From contig JBNASD010000001.1 in NCBI GenBank assembly GCA_049720225.1, positions 293,217 through 357,216 on the forward strand: DNA of 64,000 bases. Reading direction: 5' to 3'. This stretch comes from Microgenomates group bacterium (lineage in GTDB: Bacteria > Patescibacteriota > Microgenomatia > PFEM01 > JBNASD01). The notes beneath the pieces are model-generated. The model was not told the DNA's origin. It saw only the letters and a program-made list of their open reading frames with translations, and searched no databases. The position numbers were made by a program, and so were the translations under genes. This document shows positions 10,373 through 18,460 of this stretch, in pieces (within the stretch, counting starts at the first letter, position 1; every line of letters begins with the position of its first letter).

Positions 10373-10761
10373 TCTTTTAATACCTCCTGACAAAATTCTT
10401 TTAAAACTGCTTTTTTAATTTCTTCCAATTGTTCTTGGGGAAGTTGTCTTAAAATTTCAATAATTTTTTCAGTTTCAATTTTTATTTCATTATTTTCTTT
10501 AGAGGAAGAGTTTTCCTCACTTTTCTTTAATTGCGGAATTTTTTCTTTTAGATTATTATTTTCAGGAATAATTTTTATCGCCTCACCTAAAACTTTTTCT
10601 CCCCAATCTTCTATTTTTCCCTTAATTTCTTCTGTGGGTAAAGAAACTGGTTTTTCTTTTTTTGCTCTTTGCCATTCAGAAAATACTTTAGGAAATAAAG
10701 AAAAAATTATTCCTCCCGCTAAAACTAAAATTATTATTCTTTTTATTCTTTCAAACCACAT
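10369..10761 (-). CDS. Hypothetical membrane-anchored protein
   Basis: N-terminal TM; ATGA-coupled to prfB. Confidence 0.7.
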   Translation of the reverse strand: MWFERIKRIIILVLAGGIIFSLFPKVFSEWQRAKKEKPVSLPTEEIKGKIEDWGEKVLGEAIKIIPENNNLKEKIPQLKKSEENSSSKENNEIKIETEKIIEILRQLPQEQLEEIKKAVLKEFCQEVLKE

Positions 10762-10789
10762 AGGTTATAATTTATTATAATTCAAACAT

Positions 10790-11872
10790 ATGGAGATTAT
10801 AAACACTAAAACTATCAATCCTCAGATAATTAAAAAAATTATCAATGTTCTTAAAAATGGAGGGGTAATTATTTATCCCACCGAAACATGTTATGGAATT
10901 GGAGCGGATGCTACTAATCCTAAGGCAGTAGAAAAAGTTCTTAATTTTAAAGGAGAAAGAAAAGGGAAACCGATTTTAATTGCGGTAGCTGATAAAAAAA
11001 TGGCAGAAGAATATGTAGAAATTAACGAAATCGCCGAAAATCTTTATCAAAAATTTCTTCCCGGACCGGTCGCGGTCGTTTCTAAAAGCAAAGGAAAAGT
11101 AGCCCCGGGTATTGAATCTCCTACCAAAACTTTAGGAATTAGAATCCCTAATTATCCTTTAATTTTAGAAATTATTCGCCAGTTTGGAAAACCAATTACT
11201 TCTACCTCCGCCAATCCTTCAGGAAAAAAACCACCCTATTCTTTAAAAGATTTTTTAAAATACACAAGTGAAAAAAGAAGAGAATTAATAGATATTTTTT
11301 TAGATGGAGGTAAACTTCCTCCTAATCCCCCCTCTACGGTGGTGGATACCACTCTTCAAGAACCAACGGTTTTACGCCAAGGAGAAATTTCCATCCCTGA
11401 TCTCCCCGGACAAAATTTTGTATCCAATTCTGAAGAAGAAACTAAAAATATCGCCAAAACAATTTTTGGCCGTTTACAAAATTTACTCAATTCTTATTGT
11501 TTAATTTTCGCTCTCCAAGGAGAATTAGGAGCAGGAAAAACTCAATTTGCAAAAGGATTAGGAGAGGTTTTGGGAATAAAGGAAAACATTAATTCTCCTA
11601 CCTTTGTTTTAATTAAAGAATATAAATTTAAAATACTTGAACATTCTGGAACTTTTTTTCATATCGATACATGGCGAATTAAAACAGAAGAAGAGCTTTT
11701 AGATCTTGGTTTAGAAAAAATGATTAAACCAGGAAATATTGTCGCCATCGAATGGCTTCAAAAAGTTCGTGATCTTTTGGAAAAAATTAGTAAAGAAAAA
11801 AAAGCAAAAGTAATTTGGATAACAATTGAAATTTTAAGCGAAAATAAAAGAAGAATAAAATATAAAATTTAA
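10790..11872 (+). CDS. tsaC-tsaE: TsaC (Sua5/YrdC)-TsaE fusion, t6A biosynthesis
   Basis: YPTETCYGIG, K.R, TSTSANPSG, PSTVVD (YrdC); then SEEETK, GELGAGKTQF, SPTFVLI, HIDTWR, AIEW (TsaE). Confidence 0.9.
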   Translation: MEIINTKTINPQIIKKIINVLKNGGVIIYPTETCYGIGADATNPKAVEKVLNFKGERKGKPILIAVADKKMAEEYVEINEIAENLYQKFLPGPVAVVSKSKGKVAPGIESPTKTLGIRIPNYPLILEIIRQFGKPITSTSANPSGKKPPYSLKDFLKYTSEKRRELIDIFLDGGKLPPNPPSTVVDTTLQEPTVLRQGEISIPDLPGQNFVSNSEEETKNIAKTIFGRLQNLLNSYCLIFALQGELGAGKTQFAKGLGEVLGIKENINSPTFVLIKEYKFKILEHSGTFFHIDTWRIKTEEELLDLGLEKMIKPGNIVAIEWLQKVRDLLEKISKEKKAKVIWITIEILSENKRRIKYKI

Positions 11873-13092
11873 CTATTCAAAAAATCTAACGCAGTCAAGG
11901 CATAAACTTTAGTTACTTCAATTAAACTATCAACTTCAACATATTTATCTTTACTGTGCATTCCTCCTCCATCACACCCAAAGTTAACTGCCGGAATTCC
12001 TTTAGAAATAAACATCCACATATCGCTCCAAGGACCAGAACCCTCAATGGCGGGACTCTTTCCAAGAATTTTTTCAGCATTTTTCTTTAAAATATTTACA
12101 ATCAATTCATTCTTTTTTATAAAAACAGCAGGAACATAAACAAGAGGTATTAGTTTGTAATTTAGTCCTAACTTATCAATTTTATTTTTAATCTTCTTCT
12201 CTATAGATCTTTGAGTTATTCCCGGCAAAATCCTCATATCCCCAAAAGCAATACACACATCAGGGACAACATTAATTGCTTTCCCTCCCTCTAATGAAGT
12301 AGGAAAAGTTAAAATATTTTTCCTCCCAGGAAAAATTGGGTGTTCTTTTTTAGGAAATTTAATTTTTTGAAAAGCATTAATTATTTTTACCATTTCAATT
12401 ATTGCGTTTTTTCCTTTTATTTTCTGTTCCCATTCTCTCGAACCAGTATGAACAGATTCCCCAAAAGTTTCGATTTTAAATCGATATCCCCCCTTATTTC
12501 CAATAGTAATCTTTTGAGCACCAGGTTCGCCAATTATAGCAGCATCACCGGTATATCCTTTCTCTAAAAGATAATAAGTTCCAAATTTAGAAGCGGCCAT
12601 TGGTTCTTCATCAATCACAAACTGTAAAAGAACTTTTCCTTTTAGTTCTTTTTCAAAATCCAAAAGAGCTTTAATCATAAAAACATAACAACATAATGCC
12701 GATTTCATATCTAAAGCTCCACAGCCATAAATTTTTTTATCTCTAATTATTCCCCTAAAAGGATCCACCCCCCATTCTTCTGTAGGTGGTACCGTATCCA
12801 TATGACCATTAAAAATTAAGGTTTTTCTTCCTTTTCCTAAAACACAAACTACATTTGGTCTTTTAATAGATAATCCTTCGTATTTTGGTTTAAGACCAAA
12901 ACTTTTAAGTTTTTTAAATATCAATTGAGCTACCCCTTTTTCTATAGGAACGTCTGGTTTTGATTCTAAAGGATTTTTAGTAAAATAATTAACAGAAGGA
13001 ATTTGAATTAATTTTTTTAAAAAATTTATTTCTTCTTTTTTTGATTTCTCTATTTTTTTAATAATTTCTTTTTTAATTCTGTCTATATCCAC
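11869..13092 (-). CDS. M20 family metallopeptidase/deacylase (ArgE/DapE-like)
   Basis: NGHMDTVP, GCGALDMK, DEE, IGEP, GMH. Confidence 0.88.
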   Translation of the reverse strand: MDIDRIKKEIIKKIEKSKKEEINFLKKLIQIPSVNYFTKNPLESKPDVPIEKGVAQLIFKKLKSFGLKPKYEGLSIKRPNVVCVLGKGRKTLIFNGHMDTVPPTEEWGVDPFRGIIRDKKIYGCGALDMKSALCCYVFMIKALLDFEKELKGKVLLQFVIDEEPMAASKFGTYYLLEKGYTGDAAIIGEPGAQKITIGNKGGYRFKIETFGESVHTGSREWEQKIKGKNAIIEMVKIINAFQKIKFPKKEHPIFPGRKNILTFPTSLEGGKAINVVPDVCIAFGDMRILPGITQRSIEKKIKNKIDKLGLNYKLIPLVYVPAVFIKKNELIVNILKKNAEKILGKSPAIEGSGPWSDMWMFISKGIPAVNFGCDGGGMHSKDKYVEVDSLIEVTKVYALTALDFLNS

Positions 13093-13104
13093 TTTAAATT
13101 TATA

Positions 13105-14205
13105 TTATATCAAACATTCCAATTCTTTTAACATTCTCTGATTTTTTCTCAAAGAAAAATAATCCCTAGCCGGCTGAAGAATCTCAATTAAAGTTTCTGC
13201 CACCGCATTTTTCAAATCTTGAGGGTGGAGAGATTCATTTTCATAATCTTCTTTTAGTTTTTTAAAATTATCATAAATTACATCTCCACCATATTCTGCT
13301 AATCGTTTAACTTCTAATCTTCTTTTTAAAGGAAAAATTAAGTGTTTTGTCCAATCTAAAACCGGATTAAATTCCGTTTCCTTTGGAGGGCAAAAAGCAT
13401 TGTTAATTTTTTGACGAATTTCTTCTGGCGAATCATGAATAAAAACACAACTTTCTGGTTTTGATTTACTCATCTTCATTGATATCCAAACTTCCCGAAG
13501 CTTATCTTTCGGCACTGGCCAAATTGGTGGTTTTCCCAAACCTAATAAAATATGATTATGCAAAGCTACCGGTTTGTAGCCGGCAACTTTTTCTCCCACC
13601 TCTCTTGCCAATACATGGGCTTTTCGTTGATCCATTCCTCCATGGGCGATATCTACTTTAAGACCAAAAATATCGGTTACTTGTAAAGGAGGATAAAGCA
13701 TTAAACCAAACTCTACCGTTTCCCCTGCCTGACGACCAGCAATCGATAAAGATTTTTTTACTCGAGAAAGAGTTAATTCTTTACAAACTTTGACAAAAGT
13801 AACCCAATACTCATCGTTATGATGATATAAATCCGAACCTAAAACAAATTTTATTTTTTCCGGATCTCCACCAACGCATTTTAATGAGGCTTTTAAACCC
13901 TCTTTAAAATAACCAACCGCTACTTTTTTAATTACTTTCAAATCTCCGCCTAATTTATTATTAAGCCAAGTGTGCCAATCCGCCAATAAAATTATGCATT
14001 CTACCCCAAGATCCTGAAGTGTTTTCACTACCATCATTGTGGCTAAGCCAGTACCTAAATGAATCTTTCCGGAAATTTCAAAACCAATATAATGCCGAAG
14101 TTTCTTTTTTGATTTAAGAAAGGATTTTAAGTCTTCGGGGGTTAAAATTTCTTCGCAAACGGAGGAAATAATTTCAATCTTTCGCTCTAATTTTAAATTT
14201 TTCAT
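13105..14205 (-). CDS. tyrS: Tyrosyl-tRNA synthetase, archaeal/eukaryal type
   Basis: YIGFEISGKIHLG, LADWH, YPPLQVTD, GGMDQRKAH, KMSKS, LHPQDLK; 366 aa with no S4-like C-terminal domain. Confidence 0.92.
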   Translation of the reverse strand: MKNLKLERKIEIISSVCEEILTPEDLKSFLKSKKKLRHYIGFEISGKIHLGTGLATMMVVKTLQDLGVECIILLADWHTWLNNKLGGDLKVIKKVAVGYFKEGLKASLKCVGGDPEKIKFVLGSDLYHHNDEYWVTFVKVCKELTLSRVKKSLSIAGRQAGETVEFGLMLYPPLQVTDIFGLKVDIAHGGMDQRKAHVLAREVGEKVAGYKPVALHNHILLGLGKPPIWPVPKDKLREVWISMKMSKSKPESCVFIHDSPEEIRQKINNAFCPPKETEFNPVLDWTKHLIFPLKRRLEVKRLAEYGGDVIYDNFKKLKEDYENESLHPQDLKNAVAETLIEILQPARDYFSLRKNQRMLKELECLI

Positions 14206-14227
14206 TTTTAATTTTTAATTTTTAAAT
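14189..14227. repeat. Degenerate heptamer tandem array (TAATTTT-like) across the tyrS start codon
   Basis: taatttt aaatttt tcatttt taatttt taatttt; AT-rich background weakens significance. Confidence 0.4.
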
Positions 14228-14232
14228 GATTT

Positions 14233-14318
14233 TGGTCCAGGGGGGAGGATTCGAACCTCCGCAGGCATACGCCGACGGTTTTACAGACCGTTCCGTTTGG
14301 CCACTCCGGCACCCCTGG
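14233..14318 (-). tRNA. tRNA-Tyr(GTA), C1-G72, A73, long variable arm, encoded CCA
   Basis: CCAGGGG-TG-CCGGAGTGGCCAAACGG-A-ACGGT CTGTAAA ACCGT-CGGCGTATGCCTGC-GGAGG TTCGAAT CCTCC-CCCCTGG-A-CCA. Confidence 0.97.
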
Positions 14319-14334
14319 GAATATTCTAATTTTA

Positions 14335-14721
14335 TCACACTAATCTCAATTTCTCCACTAATTCTTTTGCTTTTTCTGGTGGCAGTTGTTTTCTTTCTCC
14401 TAAAGCAAAAAGTTTTAGATTATAAGCGGAAGGCAAAAGATGAATATGAGCATGAGGAACTTCCGTTCCCCAAATTAAACTAGCCACAAATTCATCTTGA
14501 AATACTTTTTGGTAATGAACGGCAATTTTTTTTACTACTTCAAAATATCTTCCCAATTCTGGTACCTGCCAAACCCATTGATAATGCTTTTTAGGAATTA
14601 CTAAAGTATGGCCATCAACAAAAGGATTAATATCTAAAAAAGCCAAGAAATCTTTATCTTCGTAAATTTTCCAACAAAGAATTTCTCCGCTAACAATTTT
14701 ACAAAATATACAGTCTTTCAT
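14335..14721 (-). CDS. HIT family hydrolase
   Basis: MKDCIFCKI, GHTLVIPKKH, VPHAHIH; likely start ATG 14721. Confidence 0.92.
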   Translation of the reverse strand: MKDCIFCKIVSGEILCWKIYEDKDFLAFLDINPFVDGHTLVIPKKHYQWVWQVPELGRYFEVVKKIAVHYQKVFQDEFVASLIWGTEVPHAHIHLLPSAYNLKLFALGERKQLPPEKAKELVEKLRLV

Positions 14722-14723
14722 AA

Positions 14724-14780
14724 AAATTCCAATGTTCAAATACTCAAATATTAAAAAAACTAAAAAAATTATTTCAAAGT
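14724..14780. repeat. Left arm of octamer-based inverted repeat flanking the four-helix-bundle gene
   Basis: aatgttca aatactca aatattaa ... ttcaaagt. Confidence 0.7.
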
Positions 14781-14781
14781 C

Positions 14782-15135
14782 TTACCTACTTTTATTTATG
14801 ATACTAGTAAAAATATACACAAATTCTTTCGCCTCTGCAATCAATGAATCAAATTCTTTTTCGAACCGATTAATACTCCTTTTTAAACCAAATAACCACA
14901 ATTGACATTCCTTTGCTTCTTTACGGGAAATTTTTACTTTATGAATGAAATCTTTTTTACTTTCACTTTCACTAGCTTCACACCAATTAGCTCCAATTGA
15001 ACCAGCGCTAGCAATTAATTGTTCTACTTGCCTTTTAGTAATAGGGTTTATAGGAATTTTCTTACAAAGATCAATTATTTTCTCAAAATAATTTTTTGTT
15101 CTTTCCTCTAAATCAAATTTTCTCTCTTTTTCCAT
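14782..15135 (-). CDS. Four-helix-bundle protein (TIGR02436 / 23S IVP / Avd-like)
   Basis: FDLEERT, QLIASAGSIGANWCEA, SKKDFIHKVKISRKEAKE..LWL. Confidence 0.92.
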   Translation of the reverse strand: MEKERKFDLEERTKNYFEKIIDLCKKIPINPITKRQVEQLIASAGSIGANWCEASESESKKDFIHKVKISRKEAKECQLWLFGLKRSINRFEKEFDSLIAEAKEFVYIFTSIINKSR

Positions 15136-15150
15136 TTTAAATTTTATTTT

Positions 15151-15185
15151 ACTTTGAACATTGGATTTTTGAATATTTGAACATT
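15151..15185. repeat. Right arm of octamer-based inverted repeat
   Basis: actttgaa...tgaatatt tgaacatt; reverse complement of 15170-15185 matches 14731-14746 at 15/16; 15151-15158 is the reverse complement of 14773-14780. Confidence 0.7.
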
Positions 15186-15223
15186 TTTACAATTTCAATT
15201 AAATTAAATGATAAAATAAAAAA

Positions 15224-16279
15224 ATGACAAATATCAACATCAAAAAAGGATTTACTATTTTAGCGATTGATACTAGTTGTGACGAAACCTCGGTAGCAAT
15301 CACCGAAGATGATAAGGTTTTAGTAAACATTGTTTCCTCACAAATTAAATATCACCAAAAATACGGAGGAGTCGTTCCCCATTTAGCCCGTCAAATTCAC
15401 CAAAAATTTCTTCCTTTAGCAATTAAAGAAGCATTGAAAAGAGGAGGAAAAAAATTTAAAGATATTAATTCTTTAGCAGTAACTATCGGTCCAGGACTAG
15501 CCCCGGCGTTAGAAGTAGGAATTGCAGAAGCAAAAAAACTTGCCCATATTTATCAATTACCAATAATTGCTGTCAATCATATGGAAGCTCATCTTTTATC
15601 TTCTTTTGCAAAAAACTCTAAAGGAAAAGGTGGATTTTCACCTGTCTTTCCAATCATTGGTCTTTTAGTTTCTGGTGGCCATACTCAATTAGTGTTAATG
15701 AAAAACTTCGGTGATTATAAACTCTTAGGAGAAACTGTTGACGATGCCGCAGGAGAAGCTTTTGATAAGGTAGCTAAAATGCTTAATTTAGGTTATCCTG
15801 GTGGTCCAATTATTTCTCAATTAGCCAAAGAGGGAAAACCAAAATATCAACTTCCTATTCCGATGATTAAATCAGGAGATTTAAACTTCAGTTTTTCTGG
15901 ACTTAAAACTGCCTGTTTGTATTTTTTGGAAAAAATTCCGGAAGAGAAAAAAAATCGCCAATTTATTTGTGATTTTTGCGCTTCTTTTGAAAAAACAGTC
16001 GCCCTTGCTTTAGCGATTAAATTAGAAATGGCAATTAAAAAATATCATCCTCACCAAATCGTTTTAGGAGGTGGAGTGATTAACAATTTAACTATCAGAA
16101 AGGAAATTCGCAAAGTGGCAAAAAAATTTAATCTTAAAGTATTTATTCCCTATACATCAAAACTTTTAACCGATAACGCAGGAATGATAGGAGTTTGCGC
16201 TTGGTATCAGGCAAAGAAAGGAGATTTTGTAAAAGATATCAAAAAATTAGATCGCTTACCAAATCTAAACTTTAAATAA
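15224..16279 (+). CDS. tsaD: tRNA threonylcarbamoyltransferase TsaD
   Basis: IDTSCDETS, GGVVP, HMEAH, VSGGHT, DDAAGEAFDK, TDNAGMI. Confidence 0.95.
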   Translation: MTNINIKKGFTILAIDTSCDETSVAITEDDKVLVNIVSSQIKYHQKYGGVVPHLARQIHQKFLPLAIKEALKRGGKKFKDINSLAVTIGPGLAPALEVGIAEAKKLAHIYQLPIIAVNHMEAHLLSSFAKNSKGKGGFSPVFPIIGLLVSGGHTQLVLMKNFGDYKLLGETVDDAAGEAFDKVAKMLNLGYPGGPIISQLAKEGKPKYQLPIPMIKSGDLNFSFSGLKTACLYFLEKIPEEKKNRQFICDFCASFEKTVALALAIKLEMAIKKYHPHQIVLGGGVINNLTIRKEIRKVAKKFNLKVFIPYTSKLLTDNAGMIGVCAWYQAKKGDFVKDIKKLDRLPNLNFK

Positions 16280-16308
16280 TTAAACTATTAAATTTAATTA
16301 ATTAAACT

Positions 16309-16914
16309 ATGAATTTTCTTCAAAAAATTATCACCGGTTATTTAGCCGGCCTTTCAGTAGGAGTTTATTGCTTAGGAATTTGTTTGTCTGTTTTTTTACC
16401 AATATTACTTTCCCAAGAAAGAACTCCTAAAAAAAGTTTTTGGTTAGTAATTGAATTTTCTTTAGGAAGATTAATCGGTTATTTATTTTTTGGTTTAATT
16501 TTTGGTTGGTTAGGAGAAACTTTAAAAAGTGATTTCATTCATACTATTGTCTTATTAACTAATCTTTGGTTGGGAATTTTAATGATTCTTTATTCTTTAG
16601 GAACTATTAATCAAAAATTTTGCCCTGGAAAATTATTTAATAAATTAAAGTGGCCATTTTTATTGGGTTTTTTAACAGGAGTAAATATTTGCCCTCCTTT
16701 TTTAGCTTCTTTAACTTATGTTTTTAACTTAAAAAATGTCATTTTTTCTTTAATTTACTTTCTTTTTTTCTTTTTAGGAACAAGTACTTATATTATTCCA
16801 ACTGCTATTTTTGGTTTTACTACCAAAATAATTTTAATTCAAAAAATCGCCAAAATTGGAGGATTTTTAGCGGGATTTTATTTTGTTGCTCAAAGTTTGT
16901 TTAAAATAATTTAA
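16309..16914 (+). CDS. DsbD_2/TauE-like multi-TM protein
   Basis: YCLGIC, FSLGRLIGY, LGFLTGVNICPP, FFLGTS pattern. Confidence 0.75.
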   Translation: MNFLQKIITGYLAGLSVGVYCLGICLSVFLPILLSQERTPKKSFWLVIEFSLGRLIGYLFFGLIFGWLGETLKSDFIHTIVLLTNLWLGILMILYSLGTINQKFCPGKLFNKLKWPFLLGFLTGVNICPPFLASLTYVFNLKNVIFSLIYFLFFFLGTSTYIIPTAIFGFTTKIILIQKIAKIGGFLAGFYFVAQSLFKII

Positions 16915-17406
16915 CCGCTCAATTAGATGTAAAAAAGCTACCAATCCAAACACTATTCCCAACTGATCATGCCAAAAATAATAATTAGCAATTTTAATAT
17001 TCAAAAACAATAAAAATCCGCTAATTCCTACCGGTAAAAAAGAAGCCAAAAGGATTAAATTCCAAAATAACCGAAAATTTAGAGGAGAAAAAAATTTTTT
17101 AGTCAAAAAATAAGAAATTAAAATTAAAAAAACAATTATTAAAAAATTACCAACGGAAAAATTTCTTTCAGTTGAGGAATTTTTTATCGGTGAGGGAGGA
17201 GGTTCACTATGATCACAAATTTGGTTATTATTAGTATCAAGATAACGAGAGCATTGACCTGGATACGGATCATTAACTTCTCCAAACGGACAATCTAACC
17301 AAGCTTTAACCGGAGAGGCTAATAAAAATGTTAAAATTAAAAATATGAAAAAAAGCCTAATCGGGACAGGAATTATTGTCTTCGGCATTATTCTCTCCTT
17401 AATCAT
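16867..17406 (-). CDS. Membrane protein with Cys motif and DUF4405-like TM region
   Basis: Signal peptide, CPFGEVNDPYPGQCSRYLDTNNNQICDHS, TMs with WHDQLG...FLH; start uncertain because it overlaps amrS head-to-head. Confidence 0.7.
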   Translation of the reverse strand: MIKERIMPKTIIPVPIRLFFIFLILTFLLASPVKAWLDCPFGEVNDPYPGQCSRYLDTNNNQICDHSEPPPSPIKNSSTERNFSVGNFLIIVFLILISYFLTKKFFSPLNFRLFWNLILLASFLPVGISGFLLFLNIKIANYYFWHDQLGIVFGLVAFLHLIERLNYFKQTLSNKIKSR

Positions 17407-18460
17407 TTTAGCAAAAACTCCTAAGGAAGAAAAATCCGCTTTAAAAAATCTTTACGAGGCTCAATTTTATCAACAATTAGAAAACGGTAAAGTTCAATGT
17501 AATCTATGTCCTAATCGCTGTTTATTGAGTTTAGGTCAAAGAGGGTTATGTAAAGTAAGAGAAAATATTGGCGGTAAACTTTACTCTTTAGTTTACGGAA
17601 AACCAGTCACTACCGCTGTTGATCCAATTGAAAAAAAACCATTTTATCATTTTTTACCAGGAGCCAAAACTTATTCTTTAGCAACTGCTGGTTGTAATTT
17701 AGCTTGTAAATACTGCCAAAATTGGGATATTGCTCAAAGATTTCCTGAAGATATCCAAACTATCCCAATGACTCCCCAACAGGTAGTTGAAGAGGCTTTA
17801 AAATCTGGTTCTCAGGTAATTGCTTTTACTTATAACGAACCAATTATTTGGTATGAATATATGTTAGATATTGCTAAATTAGCAAAAGAAAAAGGATTGC
17901 GAACAGTAATGATTTCTAATGGTTATATTAATCAACAACCATTGAAAGAAATTTTAAATTATTTAGATGCCGTTAAAATTGATCTTAAATCTTTTAATAA
18001 TGATACCTATATGAAACTAATTGGAGGCAAATTGGAACCAGTCTTAGAAAGCATTAAAACCGTTTATCAATCAGGAAAATGGTTAGAAATTGTTTGGCTA
18101 GTGGTTCCAGGATACACTGATAATTTAGAAGAAATAAAATCTGCCTGTAAATGGATTAAAGAAAATACTAGCGAAAATATTCCTATCCATTTTTCTCGCT
18201 TTTGGCCAAAATATAAGCTCACCAACCTTCCTCCTACTCCCGAAGAAACACTTAAAAAAGCAAGAAAAGTTTGTTTAGAAGTAGGAATGAAATATGTTTA
18301 TACGGGAAATATTGACGATGAAGAAGGAAGTATTACTTATTGCCCAACTAATAAAAAACCCTTAATTAAAAGAGTTGGTTACTTTATTAAGGAAAACTTA
18401 ATTAATCCGGAAGGAAAATCTCCCAATTGCCCAGAAATTATCCCCGGAGTTTGGCAATAG
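17345..18460 (+). CDS. amrS: AmmeMemoRadiSam radical SAM enzyme with N-terminal TM/signal
   Basis: CNLCPNRC, DPIEKKPFYHF.PG, GCNLACKYCQNW (CX3CX2C), YNEP, HFSRF.P, YVYTGN. Confidence 0.92.
   Translation: MKKSLIGTGIIVFGIILSLIILAKTPKEEKSALKNLYEAQFYQQLENGKVQCNLCPNRCLLSLGQRGLCKVRENIGGKLYSLVYGKPVTTAVDPIEKKPFYHFLPGAKTYSLATAGCNLACKYCQNWDIAQRFPEDIQTIPMTPQQVVEEALKSGSQVIAFTYNEPIIWYEYMLDIAKLAKEKGLRTVMISNGYINQQPLKEILNYLDAVKIDLKSFNNDTYMKLIGGKLEPVLESIKTVYQSGKWLEIVWLVVPGYTDNLEEIKSACKWIKENTSENIPIHFSRFWPKYKLTNLPPTPEETLKKARKVCLEVGMKYVYTGNIDDEEGSITYCPTNKKPLIKRVGYFIKENLINPEGKSPNCPEIIPGVWQ

Noticed and set aside
14233-14260. tRNA 3' end as integration site
   Set aside because: No second copy of the tRNA end and no integrase seen in the window.
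14226-14483. 85-aa ORF on + strand
   Set aside because: Antisense to tRNA-Tyr and the HIT gene.
14782-15135. Diversity-generating retroelement (Avd homologue)
   Set aside because: No reverse transcriptase or TR/VR pair seen in the window.
16272-16309. Octamer-like run ttaaataa ttaaacta ttaaattt
   Set aside because: Almost pure A/T; not distinguishable from background by eye.
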